A DNA stretch of 64,000 nt from the NCBI GenBank assembly GCA_965248755.1, contig OZ252149.1:896001-960000 (forward strand), written 5' to 3'. The stretch is from Candidatus Latescibacterota bacterium (lineage in GTDB: Bacteria > Latescibacterota > CBDEFO01). The stretch's first letter is position 1, and each line of letters begins with the position of its first letter. The translations under genes were made by a program, and so were the position numbers. Below, in pieces: positions 1 to 9,101 of the stretch. The notes below the pieces were generated by a model that saw only the letters and a program-made list of their open reading frames with translations, made no database searches and was not told the origin of the DNA.

Positions 1-1320
1 TATATCTCATGGTTGCCATCTCGGTATGACGAAAAGACGATTTTCGTCCCATCAGTTGACCAAGAAGGACTATTGTCCTCCGCCGGGTTGTTAGTCAACC
101 GTGTTGGGTTTGTCCCGTCTGCATCCATGACGTATATTTCCCTGTTGCCATCGCGCTCTGACAAAAAGGTGATCTTGGCCCTATCAGGTGACCAAGAAGG
201 AAGGGCATCAACCGCCGTGTTGTTGGTCAGATTGACTTGATTTGTCCCGTCTGCGTTCATGACGTAGATTTCAGGGTTGCCATCGCGCTCTGACAAAAAG
301 GTGATCTTGGCCCTATCAGGTGACCAAGAAGGAAGGGCATCAACCGCCGTGTTGTTGGTCAGATTGACTTGATTTGTCCCGTCTGCGTTCATGACGTAGA
401 TTTCAGGGTTGCCATCGCGGCTTGACCGAAAGATGATCTTCGTCCCGTCTGGTGACCAAGAACCGCCGGGTTGTTGGTTAGATTGACTTGGTCTGTCCCA
501 TCTGCGTTCATCATGTAGATTTCATTGTTACCATCGCGCTTTGAATCAAAGGCAATCTTGGTGTCCGTAGAAAGATCACCAAACCCAAACCTATTAAAGA
601 GCGTGTCCGCCTGACTGTCAGAATTTGTGACTATCACGTTCACAGTGCCCGCAGGATGAGCGGGAGTCGTAGCAGTAATGGTATCCGAGGACACAAATAT
701 CACACCTGTGGCTGCGGTACCATCGAAAGTAACAGTCGCACCATCTTGGAAGTTGCTCCCTCTTATCGTCACAGCCGTGCCTCCTGCCACCGGGCCAGCA
801 AGAGGGCTAATAGATGTCACAGCAGGAGGAGGTGTCACAAGAAACGGCGACCAAGAAGCACTGGCGTCACTCGCCGTGTTGTTGGTCAACCTTATGGGGT
901 TTGTCCCGCTCGCGTCCATCACGTAGATTTCAGTGTTGCCATCGCGATTCGACAGGAAAGTAATCTTCGTCCCGTCCGGTGACCAAGTAGGAATCTTGTC
1001 ATCTGCCGTGTTGTTGGTCATCCGTGTCTGGGTTGACCCGTCGGCGTTCATCACGTAGATCTCATAGTTGCCATCGCGGCCTGACCCAAAGGCGATCTTG
1101 GTGTTGGTAGATAGATCCACCATACCCGAATCTGTTAAAGAGCGTGTCTGCCTGACTGTCGGGATTTGTAACTATCACGTCCACAGTGCCAGCAGGATGA
1201 GCGGGAGTTGTGGCAGTAATGGTATCGGGGGATACTACGACCACACCTGTGGCTGGACTACCATCAAAATTAACAGTCACTCCACTCTGGAAATTACTCC
1301 CCGTTATCGTCACAGACGTA
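1..1320 (-). pseudogene. TolB-like (PD40 beta-propeller repeat) and IPT/TIG-domain surface protein, frameshifted, 5' end lost, runs off window
   Basis: Repeats [23 protein letters not shown] and two IPT domains ([25 protein letters not shown]). +1 G near 1118 (GYG-G-DLST versus GFGDLST in the paralogous repeat) and a short deletion near 462. Coding sequence stops at the IS3 remnant at ~1322. Confidence 0.85.
144..407. repeat. Exact 132-bp tandem duplication (one 44-aa PD40 repeat)
   Basis: Units starting GTTGCCATCGCG at 144, 276 and 408. Units 144-275 and 276-407 read identical. Confidence 0.9.
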
Positions 1321-1321
1321 T

Positions 1322-1863
1322 CATACCGCTCCCCTTGACAGAGCGACAAAGAATTTGCAAATTGGGGTTTGAGAAGGGAGGTTAAGATGTCAATCCCCGA
1401 AGTGAAAGATGGTAAGCGCTGAACGGCGACCCGTAAGGCAGAGGTGGTGTTGGCTCTTTTGAAAGGAGCAGATGTATCAGGGGTGTGTCGGAAGAGTGGA
1501 ATTAGCCAGTAGCAGGCGTACGCTTGGCGTGATAGTTTTTTCGAGGGAGGCCAGGAGAGTCTGAAGCCTCGGTGTGGTCGCAAGGACCCGAAGGAGCAGG
1601 AGGTTGGCCCCGATAGAATCAATCGGGGATTGGAACGGTGTTGTAGAGCGTTTCTTCAGGACCCTCAAGCAAGAGTGTGTCTGGGTTCACAATTTTGAGT
1701 CCTTTGAACAGGCTGAAGTAATTATATCCCAATGGATCGATGACTATAACAAGAACCGGCTTCATTCATCCCTGGGGTATAAGACCCCAGAAGAGTGGAG
1801 AAACCAATTTTATCTGCTACCCCAAGTTGCTTAATTGATGTCGCTTTCCAGGGGCGCACTACA
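1322..1863 (+). mobile_element. IS3-family remnant with large internal deletion
   Basis: OrfA-like HTH from ATG 1387 (KR*TATRKAEVVLALLKG..GISQ*QAYAWRDSF) with two stops, joined to an integrase C-terminus (NGVVERFFRTLKQEC..YNKNRLHSSLGYKTP). Imperfect IRs: ..CCCCTTGACAGAGCGACA and TGTCGCTTTCCAGGGGCGCACTACA. Confidence 0.8.
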
Positions 1864-2388
1864 AAAAGCTACAATAAAATTCTTGACATGCATAAAGAGA
1901 TACTATTATTTTAGCTCAACTTATCTTTGGTATGTAGCGCTGACTATGATTTCACGGGTTGTAGTACAAGCTATACCAATTGTAATATAATATGTTGTGC
2001 CAACAGTACAACCATTCTTAGAGCTTAATATGGCGAATAGCGGGTAATATTTCTTGACGAAAGTTATGGATGAATGTATCTTATGTGACTGTACGGGGAC
2101 CTATTCTGATGGGTAGACTCCATAGCGCGGCAAAGGTGAGACGGACAATACTGCCGTTTTTGATTTAGGTCTGGCCGCGAAGGAATCATGAGGGAATTCA
2201 GGAGTGCTCATTACGTTTTATGACCAGTACATCCTGCCTGGAGACTACGGTGATGACTACAGAGAGTGAAAGGCCTGAGCCTGAACAACGTCGAGCTGTG
2301 AGGAGGCGTAGGTCAGGTTTTTCGGATAATGAGATGCAGCACGCAAAGTAATGTCAAGCTGGATATAGAAGACGAAGAAATCGGCCTC

Positions 2389-2700
2389 ATGCACATCGAC
2401 TGCACCGACTTCGCTCCTTTACCCTGGCCGAGCGCATCCGGCACTTAGAGGTGGAGGGCCACGTTGTGCTGCCCGATGTGCTCGACGTCCCACAGATTAA
2501 AAGACTCAAGGCCGAACTGTCCGACGTACCTATGCAGCACAAGGACTACAGCGAGGCCCAGACCTATGCCATGGGACCTCAGTGGCTGAGTGCCGCCGCC
2601 GCTGTCCGATCTGATCGGGTATCCGCCCATCATCGAGTTCCTAGAGCCCTTGATGGGCCTGAGACCGTGTTCACCCACGGGCTCTTTATCCGCACCATGG
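2389..2700 (+). pseudogene. Phytanoyl-CoA dioxygenase (PhyH)-family N-terminal fragment
   Basis: Across frameshifts reads TLAERIRHLEVEGHVVLPDVLD..LIGYPPIIEFLEPLMG-PETVFTHG, typical of PhyH-family N-termini; truncated. Confidence 0.55.
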
Positions 2701-2771
2701 CCTGTTGCGACAGGAACACACCATCCCAAGACGCGGCCAGCCAAGTCGGCATCACAGCTAGAACGAACTCT

Positions 2772-3325
2772 ATGAGGACAACACCCACACCGCTGAACAT
2801 CAGCCAGGTACCGCAACTATTTTTCGACAGCTACATGATCGAGATGGTCAACTTTGTCACGCGGATGATGCACAAACCGAGGAAGCACGGTGAGAATCCG
2901 CTTGTGAGAAAGGACAGGCCGTGGGAAAAGGTCGTGTTCGTCCGCACCAACACCTGGAACGTGCATTGGGATGAACAGGAGCAACTGTTCAAGTTCTGTT
3001 ACGAGGACATAGGCTTTGACTATGAAGCATTCATGAGTATGGAACCGTCCGCAGACAACCTGCTGCACTGGGACTTCCACAAGACCTGCGACCACCGGTT
3101 ACTGTACGCGGAATCGAGTGACGGCATCCATTGGGAAAAGCCGGAGCTAGACTTCCGGAGCCTCGCCGGGCGGAAGACAAACATCTGCATGGACAATGAG
3201 CGGTACGGCAAGGTGCACGCCTACTCCGTCCTGTTGGACCCGTTCGAGACCTAGGAGGCCTACCGCTACAAGGCGATCTACTGGACCTAGAAGGCTGGTC
3301 CAGACGAGGCGAGAATCGCTACGGC
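2772..3325 (+). pseudogene. Beta-propeller glycoside-hydrolase-like (GH32/43/130-type) fragment
   Basis: QLFFDSYMIE..KHGENPLV..DRPWE and Asp-box YAESSDGIHWEKPEL. In-frame TAG at 3252 and 3288 with the frame continuing (EAYRYKAIYWT*KAG..IATAS), then truncated. Confidence 0.65.
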
Positions 3326-3441
3326 GTCCCGCCCTCGGTTAGGCGATGACCTTTTTTGGTTCAACCAAATTTACAGAAATTTACGGACTCAATCGTAAAT
3401 GAGGGTTATCACTACAACTAACCAAAAGGAGGTAATCAAAA

Positions 3442-4110
3442 ATGGGAAAGGGAATGTTTTCTCGCGCAGTTGACATCACTAAAGCCAACATCAATGTGCT
3501 TTTGGACGGGGCTGAGGACCCTGAGAAGATGATCAAGCAGATGGTGATAGATATGGAGGCGGCGGTAAATAAGTCCACTTCGTCTGTGGGAGTGGCTATC
3601 GCTAACGAGAAGAGATTGGAAAGGGAGTACGAAAATAAGAAGAAGCAGGCGGAAGAGTGGGAGAGGAAGGCGATGTTAGCTGTAGAAAAGGGAAACGACG
3701 ACCTCGGCAGAAAAGCCCTGGAAAGAAAGACTGCGCTGACTACGGAGGCGGATGATCTTTCGCCTGTCCTGGAGGAGGCAAGAAATACATCCAGGTATTT
3801 AAGGGCTCAGCTGGATCAGTTGAAGACAAAGCTTGAGGAGGCTCGTGTTCGTCAGGGCACTCTCATAGCCAGGCATAGAGCGGCGCAGGCAAAAAAAGAG
3901 CTCGCTCAAAGCGTCTCAGGACTGGGAGGAGACGCCTTTGCCAGCTTTGACAGATTCGAACAGAAGATCGAAACTTCCGAGTCCGAAGCTGATGCTCACG
4001 CTGAGCTTGCAGGAGAAGACTCGCTGGATGACGAGTTTGCCAAGCTTGAGCAGGAAGGCAGTGCGGACAATGAGCTTGTAGCTTTGAAGGAAAAGATGAA
4101 GAAAAAGTAG
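3442..4110 (+). CDS. pspA: PspA/IM30 family protein (bacterial ESCRT-III-like)
   Basis: MFSRAVDITKANINVLLDGAEDPEKMIKQMVIDME N-terminus, coiled coil, AFASFDRFEQKI; strong RBS AAGGAGG. Confidence 0.95.
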   Translation: MGKGMFSRAVDITKANINVLLDGAEDPEKMIKQMVIDMEAAVNKSTSSVGVAIANEKRLEREYENKKKQAEEWERKAMLAVEKGNDDLGRKALERKTALTTEADDLSPVLEEARNTSRYLRAQLDQLKTKLEEARVRQGTLIARHRAAQAKKELAQSVSGLGGDAFASFDRFEQKIETSESEADAHAELAGEDSLDDEFAKLEQEGSADNELVALKEKMKKK

Positions 4111-4131
4111 ATGCGCAAGGCTCAATAAATT

Positions 4132-4252
4132 GTGAAACCACGTCGAGCTACTGCCTTTGGCGCGGCTGAACATCCAAGGTCGGGGCTTCAAATCCCGCCC
4201 TTGGATGTTGCCCTCCACCACTCACGAGTGGCGGTATTCTGCCATAATGTTT
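4132..4252 (-). mobile_element. IS200/IS605-like miniature non-autonomous element (PATE/MITE), copy A
   Basis: Homologous to 5420-5593. Minus strand begins with hairpin GGCAGAATACCGCCACTCGTGAGTGGTGG, contains GAAGCCCCG and ends TTCAC. Confidence 0.6.
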
Positions 4253-4354
4253 ATAGAAGATACAGTCGTTTGACTGTAATCCGTGCCTTCGTCGTTGTGA
4301 AGCCCTAATGCGTAGTGGTTGAACCACATTTCTTTCATTACAAGGAGGTCAAGC

Positions 4355-5419
4355 ATGTATTTGCGTGGGACCGTTTCGATCAATCTTAAAGGGACGCAAG
4401 TACAACTCATGCTGCCCAAAGATTTTTTCGGCGGTGTGGCGAATCTAATCAGAAAAGGTTCATGGTTAGATACCGATTCACGAGTTCAACAGGAAACGTT
4501 TAAGCTGATGGCTGTGGTGCAATCAACGAATGAGGTACTGCGGGAGTGTGGTGTCGATAATGTGGTGCGAGTTGCGATTGGAGATACGGTCATCTACGAG
4601 GACTTTGAGAATGTTCCCAACGACCTTGATCTAGCGATGGAGGCGTTGCAGCATAAGGTGAAAGAGGGGCTGGAGCTAGGGTATCTGGATCGGTTCGACT
4701 ATATCCTAAAACGCGATGACGGTGTCCTCAGTTACGTCATTGACTTTGACATCTACCGACAACACCGTCCAGACGTGGATCCGATCGTCATCCACATCAC
4801 AGGGTTGAGCTCCGAATTGAAGCGCAACCGTGACGAATCAACGGAAGCCTATTCCGCTCGGAGGGAACGCTTTTTTGCTTCCCAAGAAGCTTTCGACCAA
4901 TTCGGCCAGCGTTTGGAAACACACTTTGAGGAATTTCTGAACCGGATCAAAGAGGGCTTTAAGCGCCGATTAGGCATCGAAGGTATCCAGGTAGAAACAG
5001 AAACGCGCATCGTGAGAAAGCAGAGAAGTGTTGAAGCACGAGATTATGAAGAGTATATTGACTACGGATACCCCTTCTACGGCTATGACTCGGAGTCGGA
5101 CTTGTACTACCTCTGGTATTGGCACAATTTAACGGAAGCCCAAGCGTTACACCAGAGTAATTTTACCTATGTAGAGCCGAGCGGCGGCATAATCGCAGAG
5201 GTGGCAGAGGAGAGTTGGGGTAGCAGTGATGTTGAACAGTTTGATGGGATCTCTATCGCGGAGGGCACCGATGCCAGTGGAGTTTCGATTGACACTGGGG
5301 CAACCGTGATCGGTTCCGGTAGCGTGGAAGGGACGGAATCAATTGGAGATATCACTTCCGATAGCGGGGGATGGCTGGACTCAATCGGAGATTTAGATAT
5401 TGGAGGTTTCGATTTTTGA
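4355..5419 (+). CDS. Hypothetical soluble protein with Tyr-rich motif and acidic Gly/Ser/Asp-rich tail, downstream of pspA
   Basis: Long ORF; RBS AAGGAGG before ATG 4355; no family recognised. Confidence 0.8.
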   Translation: MYLRGTVSINLKGTQVQLMLPKDFFGGVANLIRKGSWLDTDSRVQQETFKLMAVVQSTNEVLRECGVDNVVRVAIGDTVIYEDFENVPNDLDLAMEALQHKVKEGLELGYLDRFDYILKRDDGVLSYVIDFDIYRQHRPDVDPIVIHITGLSSELKRNRDESTEAYSARRERFFASQEAFDQFGQRLETHFEEFLNRIKEGFKRRLGIEGIQVETETRIVRKQRSVEARDYEEYIDYGYPFYGYDSESDLYYLWYWHNLTEAQALHQSNFTYVEPSGGIIAEVAEESWGSSDVEQFDGISIAEGTDASGVSIDTGATVIGSGSVEGTESIGDITSDSGGWLDSIGDLDIGGFDF

Positions 5420-5593
5420 GTGAAGCCACGTTGAGCCACCGCCTTCGGCACCGCTCAACATAGCCACTCCGCAGGCGGAGCTTCAAACTCCGCACTTGGC
5501 CAAAGGGGAACAATTCCCCTTTGGAAACCCCAGAGTAAAAACAAATGGCATTCATCCGCCACTTATGAGTGGCGGTATTCTGCCAAAATCTTT
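5420..5593 (-). mobile_element. IS200/IS605-like miniature non-autonomous element (PATE/MITE), copy B
   Basis: Minus strand: TTTAT, then AAAGATTTTGGCAGAATACCGCCACTCATAAGTGGCGGATGAATGCC hairpin, several stem-loops, ends GGCTTCAC. Confidence 0.65.
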
Positions 5594-5789
5594 ATAAACG
5601 AGTGGGACATGTGGGCTTGGAGGTAAAGCCCAAAAACTTCCGAACCCGATTCTATTGACGACATTTGAACCGTTTTACCTCGACATGAGCAGAAATAATT
5701 ATCAGGAGTAACCACATTGGCACGTTTGGCTTCTGTCCTGTCGTCATCCAATGAATGATGCCGTCCGTACTCATCACATAACCCCACAC

Positions 5790-6030
5790 GCGGCTGAAGA
5801 GGATCTGCGTGGCTTCGGCGGTGTAAAACAAGATCGCCACCGTCGCTGGTTTGTGCACCGTGGGGCGTGAAGAAGACGCGTTTGTTGTTGTCGCGGAAGA
5901 CCTTCAACATTCTCTCAAGGTTGGAAACCATCGTTTCGACACGTTTGAGGAATACCTTTTGCAGCTCTGGACTGCGTCGTTGCACTGTGTGAGCCAGGTG
6001 CCCGTCGGTGTCGATCAATTAGGTGTGAGC
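5790..6030 (-). pseudogene. Isochorismatase/cysteine hydrolase family fragment
   Basis: VSNLERMLKVFRDNNKRVFFTPHGAQTSDGGDL resembles the isochorismatase central region; no intact ends. Confidence 0.5.
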
Positions 6031-6332
6031 ATACAATATAAAATAGTGGATGTCAATAGAGAATTGCGAAGGACCAGAGCATTATGTTTTCACTCTGGAA
6101 GTGAGAAAGCGTCGATTAGTCTGGATACGTTACTTAGCTCATACCTGCGGACGTATCTGTGAAAACTAAATGGCCATAGGTAGATTTGTCAAAGACTCTT
6201 CTACTAAATTTCTACTGGAATAAGCCAAAACACAGTGAAAAACAAAGAAACACCGTAAAAGGTGAGAGGCTGTTAGGCTAAATAAAGTAAAGAGTTAGGG
6301 AACAACAGGAAACACGAGGAGAAAACATTTTG

Positions 6333-6380
6333 GGTCTCCGGAACCAAAAGTCGCGCGTTCGAATCTCGCATAGCTCTCCA
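6333..6380 (+). tRNA. 3' half of tRNA-Arg(CCG), degenerate; probable att-site duplicate, not a functional tRNA
   Basis: Anticodon arm GGT-CTCCGGA-ACC, T-arm GCGCG-TTCGAAT-CTCGC, ends CCA. No D-arm or 5' acceptor strand upstream. Confidence 0.7.
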
Positions 6381-6552
6381 TCCATAACGACCTGTAATAC
6401 AATGGCTTACAGGGCTTATTTAATTTTTGAATTTCTCTAACTTTTTGCTTCTGGGGATACTATGGGGATTGTTTTCTTCCAGTTGTTCCTATATAACGTC
6501 TTGATGCGGGACGTTATGACGCTTCAAAACCACAGGGATACAAGGAAGCTGA

Positions 6553-9093
6553 ATGTCAGATAAAGAAGCCACAGCCCGAATCAAGATCAACAAACTGCTT
6601 GAAGCGGCAGGCTGGCGCTTCTTTCCGGAAGGGAGCACGCTCGCCAACATCCGCCTCGAACCCAGCGTTACGATCAAATCATCAGATCTGGATGCCCTTG
6701 GCGACAACTTCGAGAAGACCAGCAAGGGCTTCATCGACTTCCTGCTGCTCGACACAAAAGGTTTCCCGCTCATAGTCCTTGAGGCCAAATCGGAGGACAA
6801 AAACCCACTCGTCGGCAAGGAGCAGGCCCGCAAATACGCCAAGTCCAAGAACTGCCGTTTCGTTATCCTCTCCAACGGCAACCTGCACTACTTCTGGGAC
6901 TTGGAGCGCGGCAACCCCTACGTCATCACGTCCTTCCCTGCGTCGGACTCGGTGATCGGCTACCAGCAGGTCTCGCCCAACCCGCGACGCCTGGTCGAGG
7001 ACCAGGTCGGCGACGACTACATCGTGCTGACCCAGCGCCCGAACTACCAATCCGAAGCGGCGTGGCGAAACGAGGGGGAGCGTCCCGGCTACATCCAGGC
7101 CAACAAACTGTGTTTCTTGCGGCCCTATCAGTTGAAGGCCATTCACGCCCTGCAACGAGCCGTGAAGAACGGCAAGGACCGCTTCCTGTTCGAGATGGCC
7201 ACCGGCACCGGCAAGACCCTCACGGCCGGCGCCGTCATCAAACTATTCCTGCGCTCGGGCAACGCCCGGCGTGTCCTCTTTTTAGTTGATCGTCTTGAAC
7301 TGGAGGATCAGGCCAGGAAGGTCTTTGCGACGCTCCTGTCCGCCGACTTTCAGACGGTGATCTACAAGGAGAACCGTGACGACTGGCGGCGGGCGGAAAT
7401 CGTCGTTACCACGGTGCAGTCGCTGCTCTTCAACAATAAGTACCAGCGACTCTTTTCGCCGACCGATTTCGATCTGGTCATTTCGGACGAAGCCCACCGC
7501 TCCATCGGCGGCAACGCCCGCTCTGTCTTCGAGTACTTCATCGGTTACAAGCTCGGCCTCACCGCCACGCCTCGGGACTACCTCAAGAGATTCGACAAAG
7601 CCAACCGCACCACTCGGGACCCGCGCGAATTCGAGCGCCGTCTGCTACTCGACACTTACCGCACTTTTGGCTGCGAAGATAGCCAGCCCACCTTCCGCTA
7701 CTCGCTGCTTGATGGCGTGAAGGATGGCTACCTCGTCAACCCCACTATCGTGGATGCCCGCACCGAAATCACCACCGAACTGCTCTCCGAAGACGGCTTC
7801 GTAGTCACCTTGACCGACGACACGGGCGAAGACCAACTGGAGGCCTTCAAGCAGCGGGAGTTCGAGAAGCGCTTTTTCGCCGAGGCTACTAACCAGCTTC
7901 TCTGCAAGACCTTCCTGGAGAATGCCCTCCGCGATCCGGTGAGCGGCGAGATCGGCAAGTCCATCATCTTTGCCGTCAGTCAGAACCACGCCGCGAAGCT
8001 GGCGCAGGTCCTCAACCAGATGGCCGACCGCATGTTTCCCGGCAAGTACCAATCCGACTTTGCCGTGCAGGTCACCTCGCAGATCCCCGACGCCCAGCAG
8101 TTCAGCATCAACTTCAGCAACAATAACCTGCTCGGCTCCGCTAACTTCCTGCCCGCCTACAAGACCAGCAGGGCGCGCGTCTGCGTGACGGTCGGCATGA
8201 TGACCACGGGCTACGACTGCACCGACATCCTGAATCTCGGCCTCTTCCGTCCGATCTTCTCGCCGACGGACTTCATCCAGATCAAGGGGCGCGGGACCCG
8301 CAAGCACAACTTCCTTGAACAGCTTTTCGATGACAGTCTCAAGGACGGCGTCTCGCAGCCACAAAAGAACGCCTTCAAACTATTCGACTTCTTCGCCAAC
8401 TGCGAGTACTTCGAGGAAGACTACAACTACGACGAGGTGATCAAACTTCCAAAGCCCAAGGGCAAAGGCGGGGAGGGAGGAGGAGGCGGAGGGCCGGAGG
8501 TAGCCGGCGGCACCTACGAGCACTTGGGCGCCGACATCCTCTCCATGGTCAAGGAGGAGACCATCGGCTTCGAGGGGATGAAGATCGACCGGATGTTCTT
8601 CGAGAAATTCCAGGACACTGTGCGCGAAAACGAAACCATTGTTGCCGCTGTCGAAGCCGGTCAATGGGACCGCGTCATCAACTACGTGAACCGCGAGGTC
8701 TTCAACAAGCCCGAGGAGTACTACACCCTCGGCAAGTTACGCAAGGCCGCCTCCGTCGATCGCCGCCTGAGCCTACGCGAAATTCTGGAGAAGATCTTCG
8801 GCCTTATCCCGCGCTTCAAGTCCAAGGAGGAGCTACTGGAAGAGGAGTTCGCCAAGTTCGTCGCCGACTACAAACCGCAGCAGGCCACCATCATTCCAGC
8901 GTTGAAAAACTTCTTCAAGGCCTATGCTACCAACGGCCAGCTCCGCGACATTATGGAGACTAGGAAGTTCGCCACGCTTTACACAACTTCCTCTTTCACC
9001 GCAGCCGACCTCAAAGCCGTGCCGTCCAAATACCGCACCCTCATTCCTGAATACATCAAGGACTATGTGTCCCTTAACCAATTCGCCGCTTAG
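6553..9093 (+). CDS. hsdR: Type I restriction enzyme R subunit (HSDR_N nuclease + SF2 helicase)
   Basis: GFIDFLL..VLEAK nuclease motif, LRPYQ, MATGTGKT (Walker A), DEAHR, GLTATP, MMTTGYD, FIQIKGRGTR. Confidence 0.95.
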   Translation: MSDKEATARIKINKLLEAAGWRFFPEGSTLANIRLEPSVTIKSSDLDALGDNFEKTSKGFIDFLLLDTKGFPLIVLEAKSEDKNPLVGKEQARKYAKSKNCRFVILSNGNLHYFWDLERGNPYVITSFPASDSVIGYQQVSPNPRRLVEDQVGDDYIVLTQRPNYQSEAAWRNEGERPGYIQANKLCFLRPYQLKAIHALQRAVKNGKDRFLFEMATGTGKTLTAGAVIKLFLRSGNARRVLFLVDRLELEDQARKVFATLLSADFQTVIYKENRDDWRRAEIVVTTVQSLLFNNKYQRLFSPTDFDLVISDEAHRSIGGNARSVFEYFIGYKLGLTATPRDYLKRFDKANRTTRDPREFERRLLLDTYRTFGCEDSQPTFRYSLLDGVKDGYLVNPTIVDARTEITTELLSEDGFVVTLTDDTGEDQLEAFKQREFEKRFFAEATNQLLCKTFLENALRDPVSGEIGKSIIFAVSQNHAAKLAQVLNQMADRMFPGKYQSDFAVQVTSQIPDAQQFSINFSNNNLLGSANFLPAYKTSRARVCVTVGMMTTGYDCTDILNLGLFRPIFSPTDFIQIKGRGTRKHNFLEQLFDDSLKDGVSQPQKNAFKLFDFFANCEYFEEDYNYDEVIKLPKPKGKGGEGGGGGGPEVAGGTYEHLGADILSMVKEETIGFEGMKIDRMFFEKFQDTVRENETIVAAVEAGQWDRVINYVNREVFNKPEEYYTLGKLRKAASVDRRLSLREILEKIFGLIPRFKSKEELLEEEFAKFVADYKPQQATIIPALKNFFKAYATNGQLRDIMETRKFATLYTTSSFTAADLKAVPSKYRTLIPEYIKDYVSLNQFAA

Positions 9094-9101
9094 GAGTCAC
9101 C

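Noticed and set aside
2451..3254. Single 267-aa protein as given in the ORF track
   Set aside because: Chance in-frame join of a PhyH-like fragment and a separate GH-like fragment.
6333..6380. Functional tRNA gene
   Set aside because: No 5' half, and the T-stem has a mismatch.
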